Source: Octopus bimaculoides
Lineage: Eukaryota
Direction of reading: 5' to 3'
Assembly: GCF_001194135.2 (NCBI RefSeq)
Contig: NC_068981.1
Span: 118,833,962-118,873,958 of the forward strand
DNA: 39,997 nucleotides
Both the position numbers and the translations under genes were made by a program. Positions 22,358 through 33,319 of the stretch are shown here, in pieces. The notes below the pieces were generated by a model. That model had not been told where the DNA came from, did no database searches, and was given only the letters and a program-made list of their open reading frames with translations. How positions within the stretch are numbered: the first letter of the stretch is position 1; the number at the start of each line of letters is the position of its first letter.

Positions 22358-22796
22358 NNNNNNNNNNNNNNNNNNNNNNNNNNNNNNNNNNNNNNNNNNN
22401 NNNNNNNNNNNNNNNNNNNNNNNNNNNNNNNNNNNNNNNNNNNNNNNNNNNNNNNNNNNNNNNNNNNNNNNNNNNNNNNNNNNNNNNNNNNNNNNNNNNN
22501 NNNNNNNNNNNNNNNNNNNNNNNNNNNNNNNNNNNNNNNNNNNNNNNNNNNNNNNNNNNNNNNNNNNNNNNNNNNNNNNNNNNNNNNNNNNNNNNNNNNN
22601 NNNNNNNNNNNNNNNNNNNNNNNNNNNNNNNNNNNNNNNNNNNNNNNNNNNNNNNNNNNNNNNNNNNNNNNNNNNNNNNNNNNNNNNNNNNNNNNNNNNN
22701 NNNNNNNNNNNNNNNNNNNNNNNNNNNNNNNNNNNNNNNNNNNNNNNNNNNNNNNNNNNNNNGGGTGGGTGTGTGTGTGTGTGTGTGTGTGTGTGT
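22297..22796. repeat. (TA)n(TG)n microsatellite spanning gap 22358-22761
   Basis: Direct reading. Confidence 0.95.
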
Positions 22797-23100
22797 CAAA
22801 AGGATGTGTTATAATACTTTTCTACATATACAAAATCAACCATACCGACAATTCAACATACCTCCATCATCAGCTGCCCCACGGATATCATTATGGTTTC
22901 GGCACCTGGGTAGTGCCATTCAATCCGACGGTGTCAACATTACTAAGATAAGTGTTGTTTGGGAACAAACATACCAAAGAAACCATAACTTTCAAACGCA
23001 TTCACCCTATGTACAACAGTATCGGTAAACAAATTCAATAAGTAAATCTATAACCAACACCTATATATGTAACTAAACAGCGACCAAACATTTAAGTCAT

Positions 23101-23172
23101 ACAAAAAATATTCCCTACAAAAAATATTCCCTATGTATGTATGTATGTATGTATGTATGTATGTATGTATGT
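23101..23172. repeat. 16-bp tandem duplication (ACAAAAAATATTCCCT x2) followed by (TATG)n
   Basis: Direct reading. Confidence 0.9.
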
Positions 23173-23270
23173 GTATGTGAATATATTTAATTTTAAAAAG
23201 TTTAAACACTTCGAGAGAACGTGAAATAAATTGCTTTTAACTGTAGAAGTTGAAGTAGATAACTATCAAT

Positions 23271-23345
23271 AATCCTAATTACTTTAGGCACAAGGCCTGA
23301 AATTTTATCAACCCCGAAACGATGAAAGGCAAAGTCGACCTCGGC
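23271..23345 (-). mobile_element. SINE family A 3' fragment
   Basis: GGCACAAGGCCTGAAATTT/TATCAACCCCGAAACGATGAAAGGCAAAGTCGACCTCGGC is the reverse complement of the family A body with a deletion. Confidence 0.85.
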
Positions 23346-23696
23346 TTACTGCCTTAATACAGCTATCAATTAGCACGAGAATATTGGTTTTCGATAGGGA
23401 ATATCGGACAGCCTTCGATATGGTTTTTAACCCAATATATACATGCTGTTTTTAAAGCATTATCTACTTCGAGTTCTACAGTTAAAAAGCGATATATATA
23501 TATATATATATATACCTCGTTTTTGTATCAGGTTTGCAAGATTCTTATGTGAATGCGTAAAAAACACATAACGGTAAAAAAATTATCACTTAATAATTAA
23601 GGGTACAAACACTTTTTAAAATTTGCTGCGACATTTAAAACGGTCATCGTACACATTGGTGAGATGATTAATATCTATAACCGTCGGGCCAGCAAG

Positions 23697-23754
23697 ACTC
23701 GCTGAAGATTAACTAAGAGTTTTTTTCAAAGTTCGAAATCACGATGAGACGAGT
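23697..23754 (+). ncRNA. Decayed type I hammerhead ribozyme motif
   Basis: Stem I ACTCG/CGAGT, core CTGAAGA, stem II AACT/AGTT, GAAA, stem III ATCA/TGAG. Two deviations from consensus (10.1 is T, 16.1 is G). Confidence 0.45.
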
Positions 23755-23766
23755 ATTCTAGCTTTT

Positions 23767-24044
23767 NNNNNNNNNNNNNNNNNNNNNNNNNNNNNNNNNN
23801 NNNNNNNNNNNNNNNNNNNNNNNNNNNNNNNNNNNNNNNNNNNNNNNNNNNNNNNNNNNNNNNNNNNNNNNNNNNNNNNNNNNNNNNNNNNNNNNNNNNN
23901 NNNNNNNNNNNNNNNNNNNNNNNNNNNNNNNNNNNNNNNNNNNNNNNNNNNNNNNNNNNNNNNNNNNNNNNNNNNNNNNNNNNNNNNNNNNNNNNNNNNN
24001 NNNNNNNNNNNNNNNNNNNNNNNNNNNNNNNNNNNNNNNNNNNN
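23767..24044. other. Assembly gap (N)
   Basis: Run of N. Confidence 1.
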
Positions 24045-24080
<36 letters not shown>

Positions 24081-24139
24081 TATATAACAGCCTACTGTAT
24101 ATATGTATACTCTGTAGGTTTGGGGGTATTACGACCTTC

Positions 24140-24290
24140 TACGTGTATTTCCTATTTAGTAAGGTGGATGTTTCATTTATGAGGATGTACCTCTCTATTC
24201 GTGTGAGTGATAGGTCCTTCGGGTACTTGGATAAAATGAGAATGTCATGTCGGCCCAGTGTATGACAGAGTATGGAGAACTATTTTTTTG
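24140..24290 (-). mobile_element. Possible GIY-YIG C-terminal remnant of a Penelope-like element
   Basis: Minus-strand ILCHTLGRHDILILSKYPKDLSLTRIERYILINETSTLLNRKYT* fits the loose H..IL...L..E..I...LN pattern of PLE endonuclease ends. Confidence 0.35.
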
Positions 24291-24359
24291 TTATCATATT
24301 GCCACAATTGTTCATTTAATCTCTCCACAATACTTCTACATGTCTTTCTAATGTATGCC

Positions 24360-25158
24360 CTGTTCTTGTTTTTACATCCACAACAAACACACCGACTCAC
24401 ACTCCTACCTTAACTTCTTCTCCTCCCACCCTACCCACAGCAAGGTCTCCATCCCCTATTCCCAATTCCACCGTCTGCGCAAGCTCTGCAGTGACAACCA
24501 TGACTTTGAAACTCAGTCTCAACTCATGGCTCACCACTTCATCCTTCGTAGATATCCCCTCACCACTATCCACACAGTCCTTGCCAGAGCACATTCTATA
24601 GACGGGGCTTTTGCTCTCTCTGCCGAACCCGCCCCGATGTTGCCGTCTCCCACTTCCCCTCACCTACCACCCCTCCACCCTGACTCTCCATCGCACCATT
24701 CTCCGAGCCTTCCGGCGACTTCGGTCCAATCCCGCCACCTCGTATATCTTCACCAACCTACCCCTTTCCTCCTTCAAACGAGTCCACAACCTGCGTGAAC
24801 TCCTGGTTCACAATTTCTTCCTTAACCCCACCTTCCAACCTGGCTCGTTTCCCTTCTCCCACCCACATTGCTGCACTTGCCCCTACCTCTCCAACACCAC
24901 CATCCTCACAGGCACCCATCATCGTCCCTACCATATCACCGACTCATTTACCTGCACTTCTAACAACGTCATTTACTGCATCTCCTGCTCTTTCTGCCCT
25001 TCTCTGTACATCGGTCAAACGGTACAAAGCTTGGCTGACCGGTTCGCAAAGCACCTCCGAAACACCAGACTCGGCAATGCCACCCCGGTCTTGCGCCATT
25101 TCTGTTCTACTGGTCATTCACTATAACACCTGTCTGTGATCGGATTTTCTTTGCACAG
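24360..25158 (+). mobile_element. Penelope-like element (RT thumb + GIY-YIG endonuclease), frameshifted, runs into gap
   Basis: KHTDSHSYLNFFSSHPTHSKVSIPYSQFHRLRKLCSD; PLPLTYHP; KRVHNLRELLV; HCCTCP; FTCTSNNVIYCISCSFCPSLYIGQT..LADRFAKH...VLRHF..GH (ORFs 24355-24798 and 24611-25126). Confidence 0.93.
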
Positions 25159-25610
25159 NNNNNNNNNNNNNNNNNNNNNNNNNNNNNNNNNNNNNNNNNN
25201 NNNNNNNNNNNNNNNNNNNNNNNNNNNNNNNNNNNNNNNNNNNNNNNNNNNNNNNNNNNNNNNNNNNNNNNNNNNNNNNNNNNNNNNNNNNNNNNNNNNN
25301 NNNNNNNNNNNNNNNNNNNNNNNNNNNNNNNNNNNNNNNNNNNNNNNNNNNNNNNNNNNNNNNNNNNNNNNNNNNNNNNNNNNNNNNNNNNNNNNNNNNN
25401 NNNNNNNNNNNNNNNNNNNNNNNNNNNNNNNNNNNNNNNNNNNNNNNNNNNNNNNNNNNNNNNNNNNNNNNNNNNNNNNNNNNNNNNNNNNNNNNNNNNN
25501 NNNNNNNNNNNNNNNNNNNNNNNNNNNNNNNNNNNNNNNNNNNNNNNNNNNNNNNNNNNNNNNNNNNNNNNNNNNNNNNNNNNNNNNNNNNNNNNNNNNN
25601 NNNNNNNNNN
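25159..25610. other. Assembly gap (N), followed by (CA)n(TA)n to 25669
   Basis: Run of N. Confidence 1.
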
Positions 25611-25669
<59 letters not shown>

Positions 25670-26099
25670 ATGTGGTAATGCTTCAGCAAGTAGAGAATCA
25701 CTCGACAAGCTAAGAGAGTAAAGATAATTTTAAAATAAAAATGCGGTATCCAGTGTTTCCTGGTGAAGATAATGATTAATTCGCCATTTATGTAGCTGAC
25801 AACAAGACTGTTTGTCAATTGTCTTTCAAGTAGATAACATTTAAACAAGAAAGGCTTGTAAGGAAGAAGAGAAAAACAAACTGAGGGAGACAACCAACGT
25901 TACAATTATTCGATGTGAGGCAGACGTAAAGCATACCTAAATGGTTTACTAAGTGTCCTGTGATCTATTTTTAAATTCCGACATGGTTTTCCTAGAATGC
26001 GGACATACTGAAAACTCTCGTTGCTTAAATTTATGTATTCGTTGGAGGTTCTCAAGTTTTTTTTAATAGATACATATTTTCAAGAGAATACACTGAAAA

Positions 26100-26101
<2 letters not shown>

Positions 26102-26164
<63 letters not shown>

Positions 26165-26962
26165 TCTTTTANNNNNNNNNNNNNNNNNNNNNNNNNNNNN
26201 NNNNNNNNNNNNNNNNNNNNNNNNNNNNNNNNNNNNNNNNNNNNNNNNNNNNNNNNNNNNNNNNNNNNNNNNNNNNNNNNNNNNNNNNNNNNNNNNNNNN
26301 NNNNNNNNNNNNNNNNNNNNNNNNNNNNNNNNNNNNNNNNNNNNNNNNNNNNNNNNNNNNNNNNNNNNNNNNNNNNNNNNNNNNNNNNNNNNNNNNNNNN
26401 NNNNNNNNNNNNNNNNNNNNNNNNNNNNNNNNNNNNNNNNNNNNNNNNNNNNNNNNNNNNNNNNNNNNNNNNNNNNNNNNNNNNNNNNNNNNNNNNNNNN
26501 NNNNNNNNNNNNNNNNNNNNNNNNNNNNNNNNNNNNNNNNNNNNNNNNNNNNNNNNNNNNNNNNNNNNNNNNNNNNNNNNNNNNNNNNNNNNNNNNNNNN
26601 NNNNNNNNNNNNNNNNNNNNNNNNNNNNNNNNNNNNNNNNNNNNNNNNNNNNNNNNNNNNNNNNNNNNNNNNNNNNNNNNNNNNNNNNNNNNNNNNNNNN
26701 NNNNNNNNNNNNNNNNNNNNNNNNNNNNNNNNNNNNNNNNNNNNNNNNNNNNNNNNNNNNNNNNNNNNNNNNNNNNNNNNNNNNNNNNNNNNNNNNNNNN
26801 NNNNNNNNNNNNNNNNNNNNNNNNNNNNNNNNNNNNNNNNNNNNNNNNNNNNNNNNNNNNNNNNNNNNNNNNNNNNNNNNNNNNNNNNNNNNNNNNNNNN
26901 NNNNNNNNNNNNNNNNNNNNNNNNNNNNNNNNNNNNNNNNNNNNNNNNNNNNNNNNNNNNNN
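26102..26962. other. (CA)n(TA)n microsatellite and assembly gap 26172-26962
   Basis: Direct reading. Confidence 1.
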
Positions 26963-27117
26963 TATATACGACGGGCTTCTTTCAGTTTCTGTCTACCAAA
27001 TACACTCACAAGGCTTTGGTCGCCCTGAGGCTATAGTTGAAGACACTTGCCCAACGTGTCACGCTGTGGGACTGAAACCTGATCCATGTGGTTGGGAAGC
27101 AAGCTTCTTATCATACA
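26963..27117 (-). mobile_element. tRNA-derived SINE, family B (5' part)
   Basis: The minus strand has TAAGAAGCTTGCTTCCCAACCACATGGATCAGGTTTCAGTCCCAC (tRNA-like head), then TTGGGCAAGTGTCTTC core and GTAGACAGAAACTGAAAGAAGCCCGTCG. Confidence 0.88.
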
Positions 27118-27199
27118 AATTACGCAAAAATGAAAATAACACTGACATTTCATTTTAACAGATAGATTTACCAAAATTACATAAAAATATCTTGAAATA

Positions 27200-28378
27200 C
27201 TAAAGAGTAAACTTCTGCAATATAATCGCCATTGCCTTCAACCACGGCCTCCAGACAACTTCAGAATCTCCTGCAACTCTTCTGGACGGACTCCTTGTTT
27301 AAGTTGGTGAATACTGCCATAATCCTTGCCGTCAGTTCATCTTTGGTGTTACTAGGAGTGTTGTTGGTCTCTCGCTCAACTGCGCCCCACACATAACAAT
27401 CAAGTGGGTTGCAGTCCTGGGAGTTAGGTGGCTAGATGTTAGGGGTGATGTGGTCACAGAAATTGTCTGACAGCCATGGCTGGGTTCTCCTGGTGGTGTG
27501 GCATGGTGCAGAGTCCTGTTGCCAGACACAGGTTCTTCCAGCAGCCACCCTCTTGACCCAGGTTAACACTACCTCCTCCAGACAGTTGATGTAGGCCTTC
27601 GACTTGAATCTGAGGCTGTGTGAGAAGATGAATGGAGGCATAACATCGCTATCACTAGTGATCACTCCAAACACCATGATGTTTGATTTTTATTACTCAC
27701 GGTACATATTTGGGGGATACGGCAAGCCAACGGTTTTTCTGTTTGTTCACCATCTGATCCTGGCAGAAATTTTTCTTGTCTGAGAAAAATCAAAGCATGT
27801 TCGATTGGAGGAGATGCTTGAGTTTGTTCAAAAGCCTCGTAGTGCCTTCTTTCCTCTTGGAGTTGGTAGCTTCGGGTAAACATTGGCCCTTCTCATCTTG
27901 TATGAGGAATACCAAATGTCTTCATGCACTACCTGCGTGATAAAAAACTCAGACACTCCCATGACCCTGGCGATGGACATAATTGATTTGGAGTGATCGT
28001 TGTCAATCATGGCCTGTATTTCATCAACAAATTAGGAGTTCTTTTCTCATCAGACGATCAGAGTTTGTTTTCCGAGCTGCCGTACCTTCGTAATCATCAT
28101 TAGGCTCTTCTACCTCTTTCCGAATCCTTTGTACTCTCCTCATATTGACACCCAAACATTCTGAAATATTCGTATTGGAGCTTCCGACGCGAATGCCAAG
28201 CAGTACAGCATGTCATTTCCAAATTTCTGGCAGAGTGAATTGCGTCGTAGTGCTGTTCTTCTTGCAGATGTGCCCAACTGACCCTACTATACTGTGTAGT
28301 CGACAAAATGAAAAACAAACAATGCGTATGCGTAAAATTAAAAGTATCAAATGGTGACAATTTATCCATTGCACCTTA
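27200..28378 (-). mobile_element. maT (DD37D) Tc1/mariner-superfamily element, decayed; one TIR visible
   Basis: FFSDKKNFCQDQMVN..NRWLA (D1), WQQDSAPCHT (D2, 27513) and PPNSQDCNPLDCYVWG (D3, 27399), with 37 residues between D2 and D3. TIR-like AAGGTGCAATGGATAAATTGTCACC at about 28353-28377 next to TA/(GATA)n. Confidence 0.9.
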
Positions 28379-28403
28379 TAGATAGATAGATAGATAGATA
28401 GAA

Positions 28404-28690
28404 ATTATTCGGACTCTCCTATCGTTAGACGACTTATGAGGGTTCTGCAATTACTTGCTGAACAACCACACAGACGGTTTGCTTATAGTGATAAAATGTT
28501 TGTGTTCACAGTCCCTCCATCAATTAGACTTTACCTGTAGAAGTGCATGACTTGCCACATGTCAGATGACGAAATGATCGCAGAGTAACGTGAAATGAAG
28601 TGTTTTGCTGAAGAACACAATGCAACACTCGGTCTGGGAATCGAAACCATGATCTCACAATCGTAAGTGCAACACTCTAGCCACTAATCT
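28404..28690 (-). mobile_element. tRNA-derived SINE, family C
   Basis: Minus-strand A-box TAGTGGCTAGAGTG and B-box GGTTTCGATTCCC, followed by a TTGTGTTCTTCAGCAAAACACTT core-like segment. Confidence 0.72.
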
Positions 28691-29888
28691 ACGTTCTCTG
28701 GAAGTGTTTAGACCAACAGACAGAAATTATCATTTATAAATATTTATTTATTTATTAATTTATTGTAGGTATACAGTTGTTTCAAATATGCATTTTGGGG
28801 TGTTCATGGTTCAATTTTATATATGAAACAACCTTGGCAATGATATTTTCTTCAGAGCCGAAACAATTCAATTTCCAAAGGAAAAGAAGGAAAGAAAGAA
28901 AAGAAAGAGGATAGAATTTGGTATGTGTGGCAGTCACACAGAGTTATGTCACGTGTTGCTAACTATCAATTTTAAGCTAGTTTTCTCTCTTACCACGGGT
29001 GAATAATATTGACATCCAGCACAACGATTTGATACCGCAAGATTTTTTTATGATTGGTGACAGGCTTTTGGTGTTTACTACTATATTTTACTCCTATTTT
29101 TTGAAAACATAGTGGTGTTAGTGGTGGTGGTGATAGTGATGGTGATAGTGATGATGGTTGCTGATCAACTAAAATAATTCCATTTTCTCCCCAAAAATAA
29201 TATGCCATGGACTACGCTAACGTAATTACGTTCAGGAACAATGGAATGTAATTTGTAGAAAATTTGGCAGCTATTTCTAGCACATCGAGCGTTAATTTAC
29301 AAGATTACTTTATTTAAACTCATATTAATTTGTATCTTTAAATCTACAATATCCACGTATCCTTTTCTAATATAATAAGGTGAGATGGCTACTATATTTA
29401 GTATATCAAGCACTTTGTCTTATTGAGGTTCTGAAATTCCTGGAGCTGCTTCTTATGAATGGTTTCCGCGGTGTTAAGTGAATACAAAACAACTCTCCAC
29501 GTAGATAGGACCCTAAGTCTAGAGATAGAAAAAATACAATCGCTGGAAAATTGTAATCAACACTGCAAGTCAATGCTTACACTGATGAATTATATTACCT
29601 GTGTTACTCCATCAGAGTTAAATCACTTTCGCTACTGTTGTCGTATGGAATAAGTAGCACTTAGCCTGTAAAGCATTTCACGTTGAGCATTCGTCTGTTA
29701 ACCGTTGTCCTCCTCAGAAACAGTACAGAGCCTGTAACAATATGGATGCATACAAACTATCAGCTTCATTGCTGGTTTTGCTGTACACCTTTCGACACCG
29801 GTTTGCTCAACCTTTAGCCCAGACGCCTAAATTGAAATCATCAGAAATACTTTGAGGTCAATCATATTTAAAACTACTAAGTGGATTA

Positions 29889-31190
29889 CACAGGGGAACA
29901 ATTTTAAATGTAATTTCTGTTGAGTTTTGCTTTATCCGTTCATTGGATTCACTTAACACTGCGGGAAACCATTGATAAGAAGCAGCTCCGAGAATTGCAG
30001 AATTTCATGAGTCAATCCAGCAACTCTAATGTAAGGACTTGATGTACTAAAAAAAGCCGCCAGTTTTCTTCAATCACGTCAATTTCTTTTTCTACAGCCT
30101 ATTTTCTGAGTAAGCACAATTGTATTATTTGTCCGTAAGTAATAGAGCTGCTCAACTGCTTTATTTTATTGTAATAATGAGATATATTTTCGCAAACATT
30201 CTTAGCTGTCTTGCATTTTATTAGTCCCATCTAAATTGATGGTTCTGGATTTAGAAATGCCCTCAGATATTTTCTATCACATCAAGTTCTTTGTTAAACA
30301 GAAGTTCATTTTTTTTTTTACCAAAAAATGTCAGTTTTGCCATTGAATGTAATTCTGAAATAAGAAACTAATACAAGCCAAATAGTCCTTTTTATCGTTT
30401 AACTAAGATATTATACAAAATGTTTAATTACATAGCCAAGGATAAATATTTCTATAAACTGGAGTTTCAGCTACTCAAAGAGTGAACTTTCTCTTTGCTG
30501 CTTTTCGTGAAAAACTTGCATCACCACAATGTCTTTGCAGAGACCAGCAGTAGTCAGCCATCATGTTTGTGTTCCATCTGCTTTGATATCTAGTCTCCAT
30601 GGTCACGATGTCTTGATGGAATCTTTCTCCTTGCTCATCACTTATTGCACTACGATTTTCAGTGAAATATTCCAGATGACTGTGAAGTAAATGCACTTTT
30701 ACACTCATGTTGCAGTGCAGAGCATGAAACTGGTTAACAGGGTCTACATAAGTTCATTATAATTTAATGACTTCCTGCTTCTCAGGAAATCAGACACAAG
30801 TGCAGCAAAAACATTCCATGCGTTTTTTGTTTTATTTTGTTGTTGTTTTTTTTTTGTTCTCCATAGCCGTCTAATCTGTGGCCCTTCAGACACATTAACC
30901 TTAATTTTCTTACAAGACAAAGCTGGAAACTTTCTCCTTAAGTATTTGAATCAATCACTGCCTCGGTGTTTCAACACGTTTTACACTCTGTATGGGGTGC
31001 TCAAGTTTTGTTTTGATCATCCAGTTTCATCCCAAAGTAGGTAAGGTAAGCTCTCTTCACAAAATCTGATTTTGTGTCGCTGCCTAAGTAACATCCACAA
31101 ATGTAGCAGAAGACATTGGAACTGTTTTGGCATTTTTCCTTACAAAACTGGTCATATTTCTGAAATATAAAACTTTTTACTTTTTTCAGT
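29889..31190 (-). mobile_element. Internally deleted Chapaev3-type (CMC superfamily) DNA transposon
   Basis: N-terminal CQNSSNVFCYICG...VKRAYLTYFGMKLDDQNKT*APHTECKTC is joined at about 30960 to FKYLRRKFPALS..GPQIRRL..AWNVF and MSVKVHLLHSHLEYFTENRSAISDEQGERFHQDIVTMETRYQSRWNTNMMADYCWSL. Terminus TTA|CACAGGGGAAC at 29889. The family name comes from recalled motifs. Confidence 0.8.
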
Positions 31191-31204
31191 CATAGCACCT
31201 TGAA

Positions 31205-31275
31205 GAGTTTGATCAAACAAATCGGCCCTAGTACTTATTTTTTTAAGCTTACTACTTATTCTATCGGTGTTTGCT
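31205..31275 (-). mobile_element. SINE family B 3' fragment
   Basis: Minus strand CCGATAGAATAAGTAGTAAGCTT..AATAAGTACTAGGGCCGATTTGTTTGATC, homologous to about 18020-18066. Confidence 0.65.
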
Positions 31276-31727
31276 GACAAGTATATTTTCGTTCGTATAT
31301 ATATAAATTGGTAGATAACTATAAAGAGAAAAACAGCAAACTACAGCAAGTTTATGCAATGGCCAGCGTTGAAATTTAAACATAAACATGTTATTAGTTG
31401 AGGTCATAGAAATCCGATTGGCAATAAACGTTTGGAAACAGGAGCAAACACTCCGTATTCCTCCTTCTTACTAAGTTGCATGTGAGAATTTTTTACATTG
31501 TGAAAAACAGGAAGCCGACAGTTGTCGAGGTGATAATCAGCCTTTTACCTGCAAATGTCTGTTTATTAACCATTATTTCTTATACCATATGTAACAGATG
31601 TGAATATTTAAAATATTATGATAAAGTTTCATAAACATTAACTGACGTTTTGTAAATTTGTGCCCATCTGTTGTGTTGTAATTATGTATGTATGCATGTG
31701 CATATGCCAGTGTGTACGTATGTGTGA

Positions 31728-31730
<3 letters not shown>

Positions 31731-31794
<64 letters not shown>

Positions 31795-31823
31795 ATATAT
31801 ATATATATATGTATATGTATGTA
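31731..31823. repeat. (TA)n/(TG)n microsatellite
   Basis: Direct reading. Confidence 0.97.
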
Positions 31824-32053
31824 TACCCGTAGTCGACGTCGCGCAACGACCCACAAAGCGGGGGCGTCTGGTCCGATGACGTCATACATAGCCCAATGGT
31901 GCTTTTCATACATAAAGTTGATAGCTTATTTCTCAGCTATCAACACCTATTCTCTGTAAATTTCCTGAAGCAGGGATCCTTATTGTGTAATATTAAAATA
32001 TCAGGCAAAATACTAACCAATGACCTGTATTATTAATATTTTATAAGTTGCTG

Positions 32054-32250
32054 TGGCAGTGAGCTGGCAGAATCGTTAGTATGCCGAGCAAAATGCTTAG
32101 TGGCATTTCGTCTGTATTTACATTCTGAGTTGAAATTACACCGAGATCAACTTTGCCTTTCATAAGTACCAGTTGAGCACTAGGTCGATGTAATCAGCCT
32201 ACTATCTCCCATGAAATTGCTCGCTATGTGCCAAAATTTGAAATCAGTAT
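32054..32250 (+). mobile_element. tRNA-derived SINE, family A
   Basis: TGGCAGTGAGCTGGCAGAATCGTTAG...GTGCCAAAATTTGAAATCAGTATT. Confidence 0.9.
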
Positions 32251-32270
32251 TTGCAATGATATGGTTATCG

Positions 32271-32442
32271 GCTGGTGGGAAGAGACCTCGGGATAGGCCA
32301 AAGAAAACCTGGAGATTCAACTTTAAAAAATGACTTGCGTAGATGTGGAACAAACTGGTTTGAAACTCCAACCTTTGCCAAAGACAAAGAGATATGGAAG
32401 AGCATATTGGCCCGTTGCGGTAAAGCTGGAGGAACCAGATAA
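32271..32442 (+). mobile_element. RTE-clade LINE extreme 3' end
   Basis: AGGKRPRDRPKKTWR/STLKNDLRRCGTNWFETPTFAKDKEIWKSILARC (one frameshift) matches the GRPxxTW...D...A.DR..W C-terminal motif of RTE ORFs. Confidence 0.7.
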
Positions 32443-33319
32443 CCAGATGTGTGTTAGTGGGGGTGTTGTGTGTGTACAGACAATACGATTCAAAAATTGA
32501 ACAGAAGGACGAGAAAGGAACAAACGGGAAATTTACACAAAAGATATGGACATATGTTACCCGGTACTACCTGCTGCATGGTCAGGTCATCGGCGGCTAA
32601 ACTGGCAATGCCACGAAGCTTGCTTAGTGAGGTGGGTGACTGGACACCCTGCAAGATAAAATGCAAATCCTGTCAAAGGGCGGATGAAAATTAACGGCTG
32701 TCCAATACTGTGTACGCAGTTTTAATCCTGCCATTTCTCATGAGAAGTAGTTCCTACAGCAATCATCGACAAAGCGGTGACTTGGGTTCAGACAATTCAT
32801 TGGTTGCATAGAGGATAAACAGTTTTTAAATAAAGGGCTGGCACAACAGATTCAGTCAGCAGAGCATCATGAGAATGAGAATATTGGCATTGTGTACCAC
32901 ATTACTGGGAGCAGGAGACCCTTGGTCCTTGTAAGGAGATCACTCTAGAAGGAAAACTTACGTGAAACTTGCGAATTGGTAACAGCCAATGATGTTGACT
33001 AGTCCTTCTTTGGGGGTATCTATCATTCTTGTATAGAAAGGAAATGGAAAACAAAAGGCAGGACAAGCATATCAAGACATTTAGAATATTTAATTAGAGT
33101 AAGGTGAATCTGAATCAAAAAGTGAGAAGTGAAGTAATTAATGTCTTACACTTGTTTCTGGGATATCCCCGGTAATGAGTCAACATCCCCATACACTGAA
33201 AGACAACATGTATATGCTGGAAAATCCAGACAGAGAATTCACAGTATATAGAAGAATAAAGATAGAATAAAGTTCACAGTCTATCTTGTATGGAGTTTAG
33301 CGCTTAGTTTCATGAAGGT

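Noticed and set aside
24397-24663. Gly/Arg-rich minus-strand ORF (and Pro/Ser-rich 24795-25139)
   Set aside because: These are shadow frames of the C-rich Penelope coding strand.
26963-28690. tRNA genes
   Set aside because: The A/B-box segments are SINE heads that run into SINE bodies; I could not draw a complete cloverleaf.
32560-32960. RTE 5' region / endonuclease remnant (LSEV, DLGSDNSLVA)
   Set aside because: The motifs are too short and too close together to support a call without a search.
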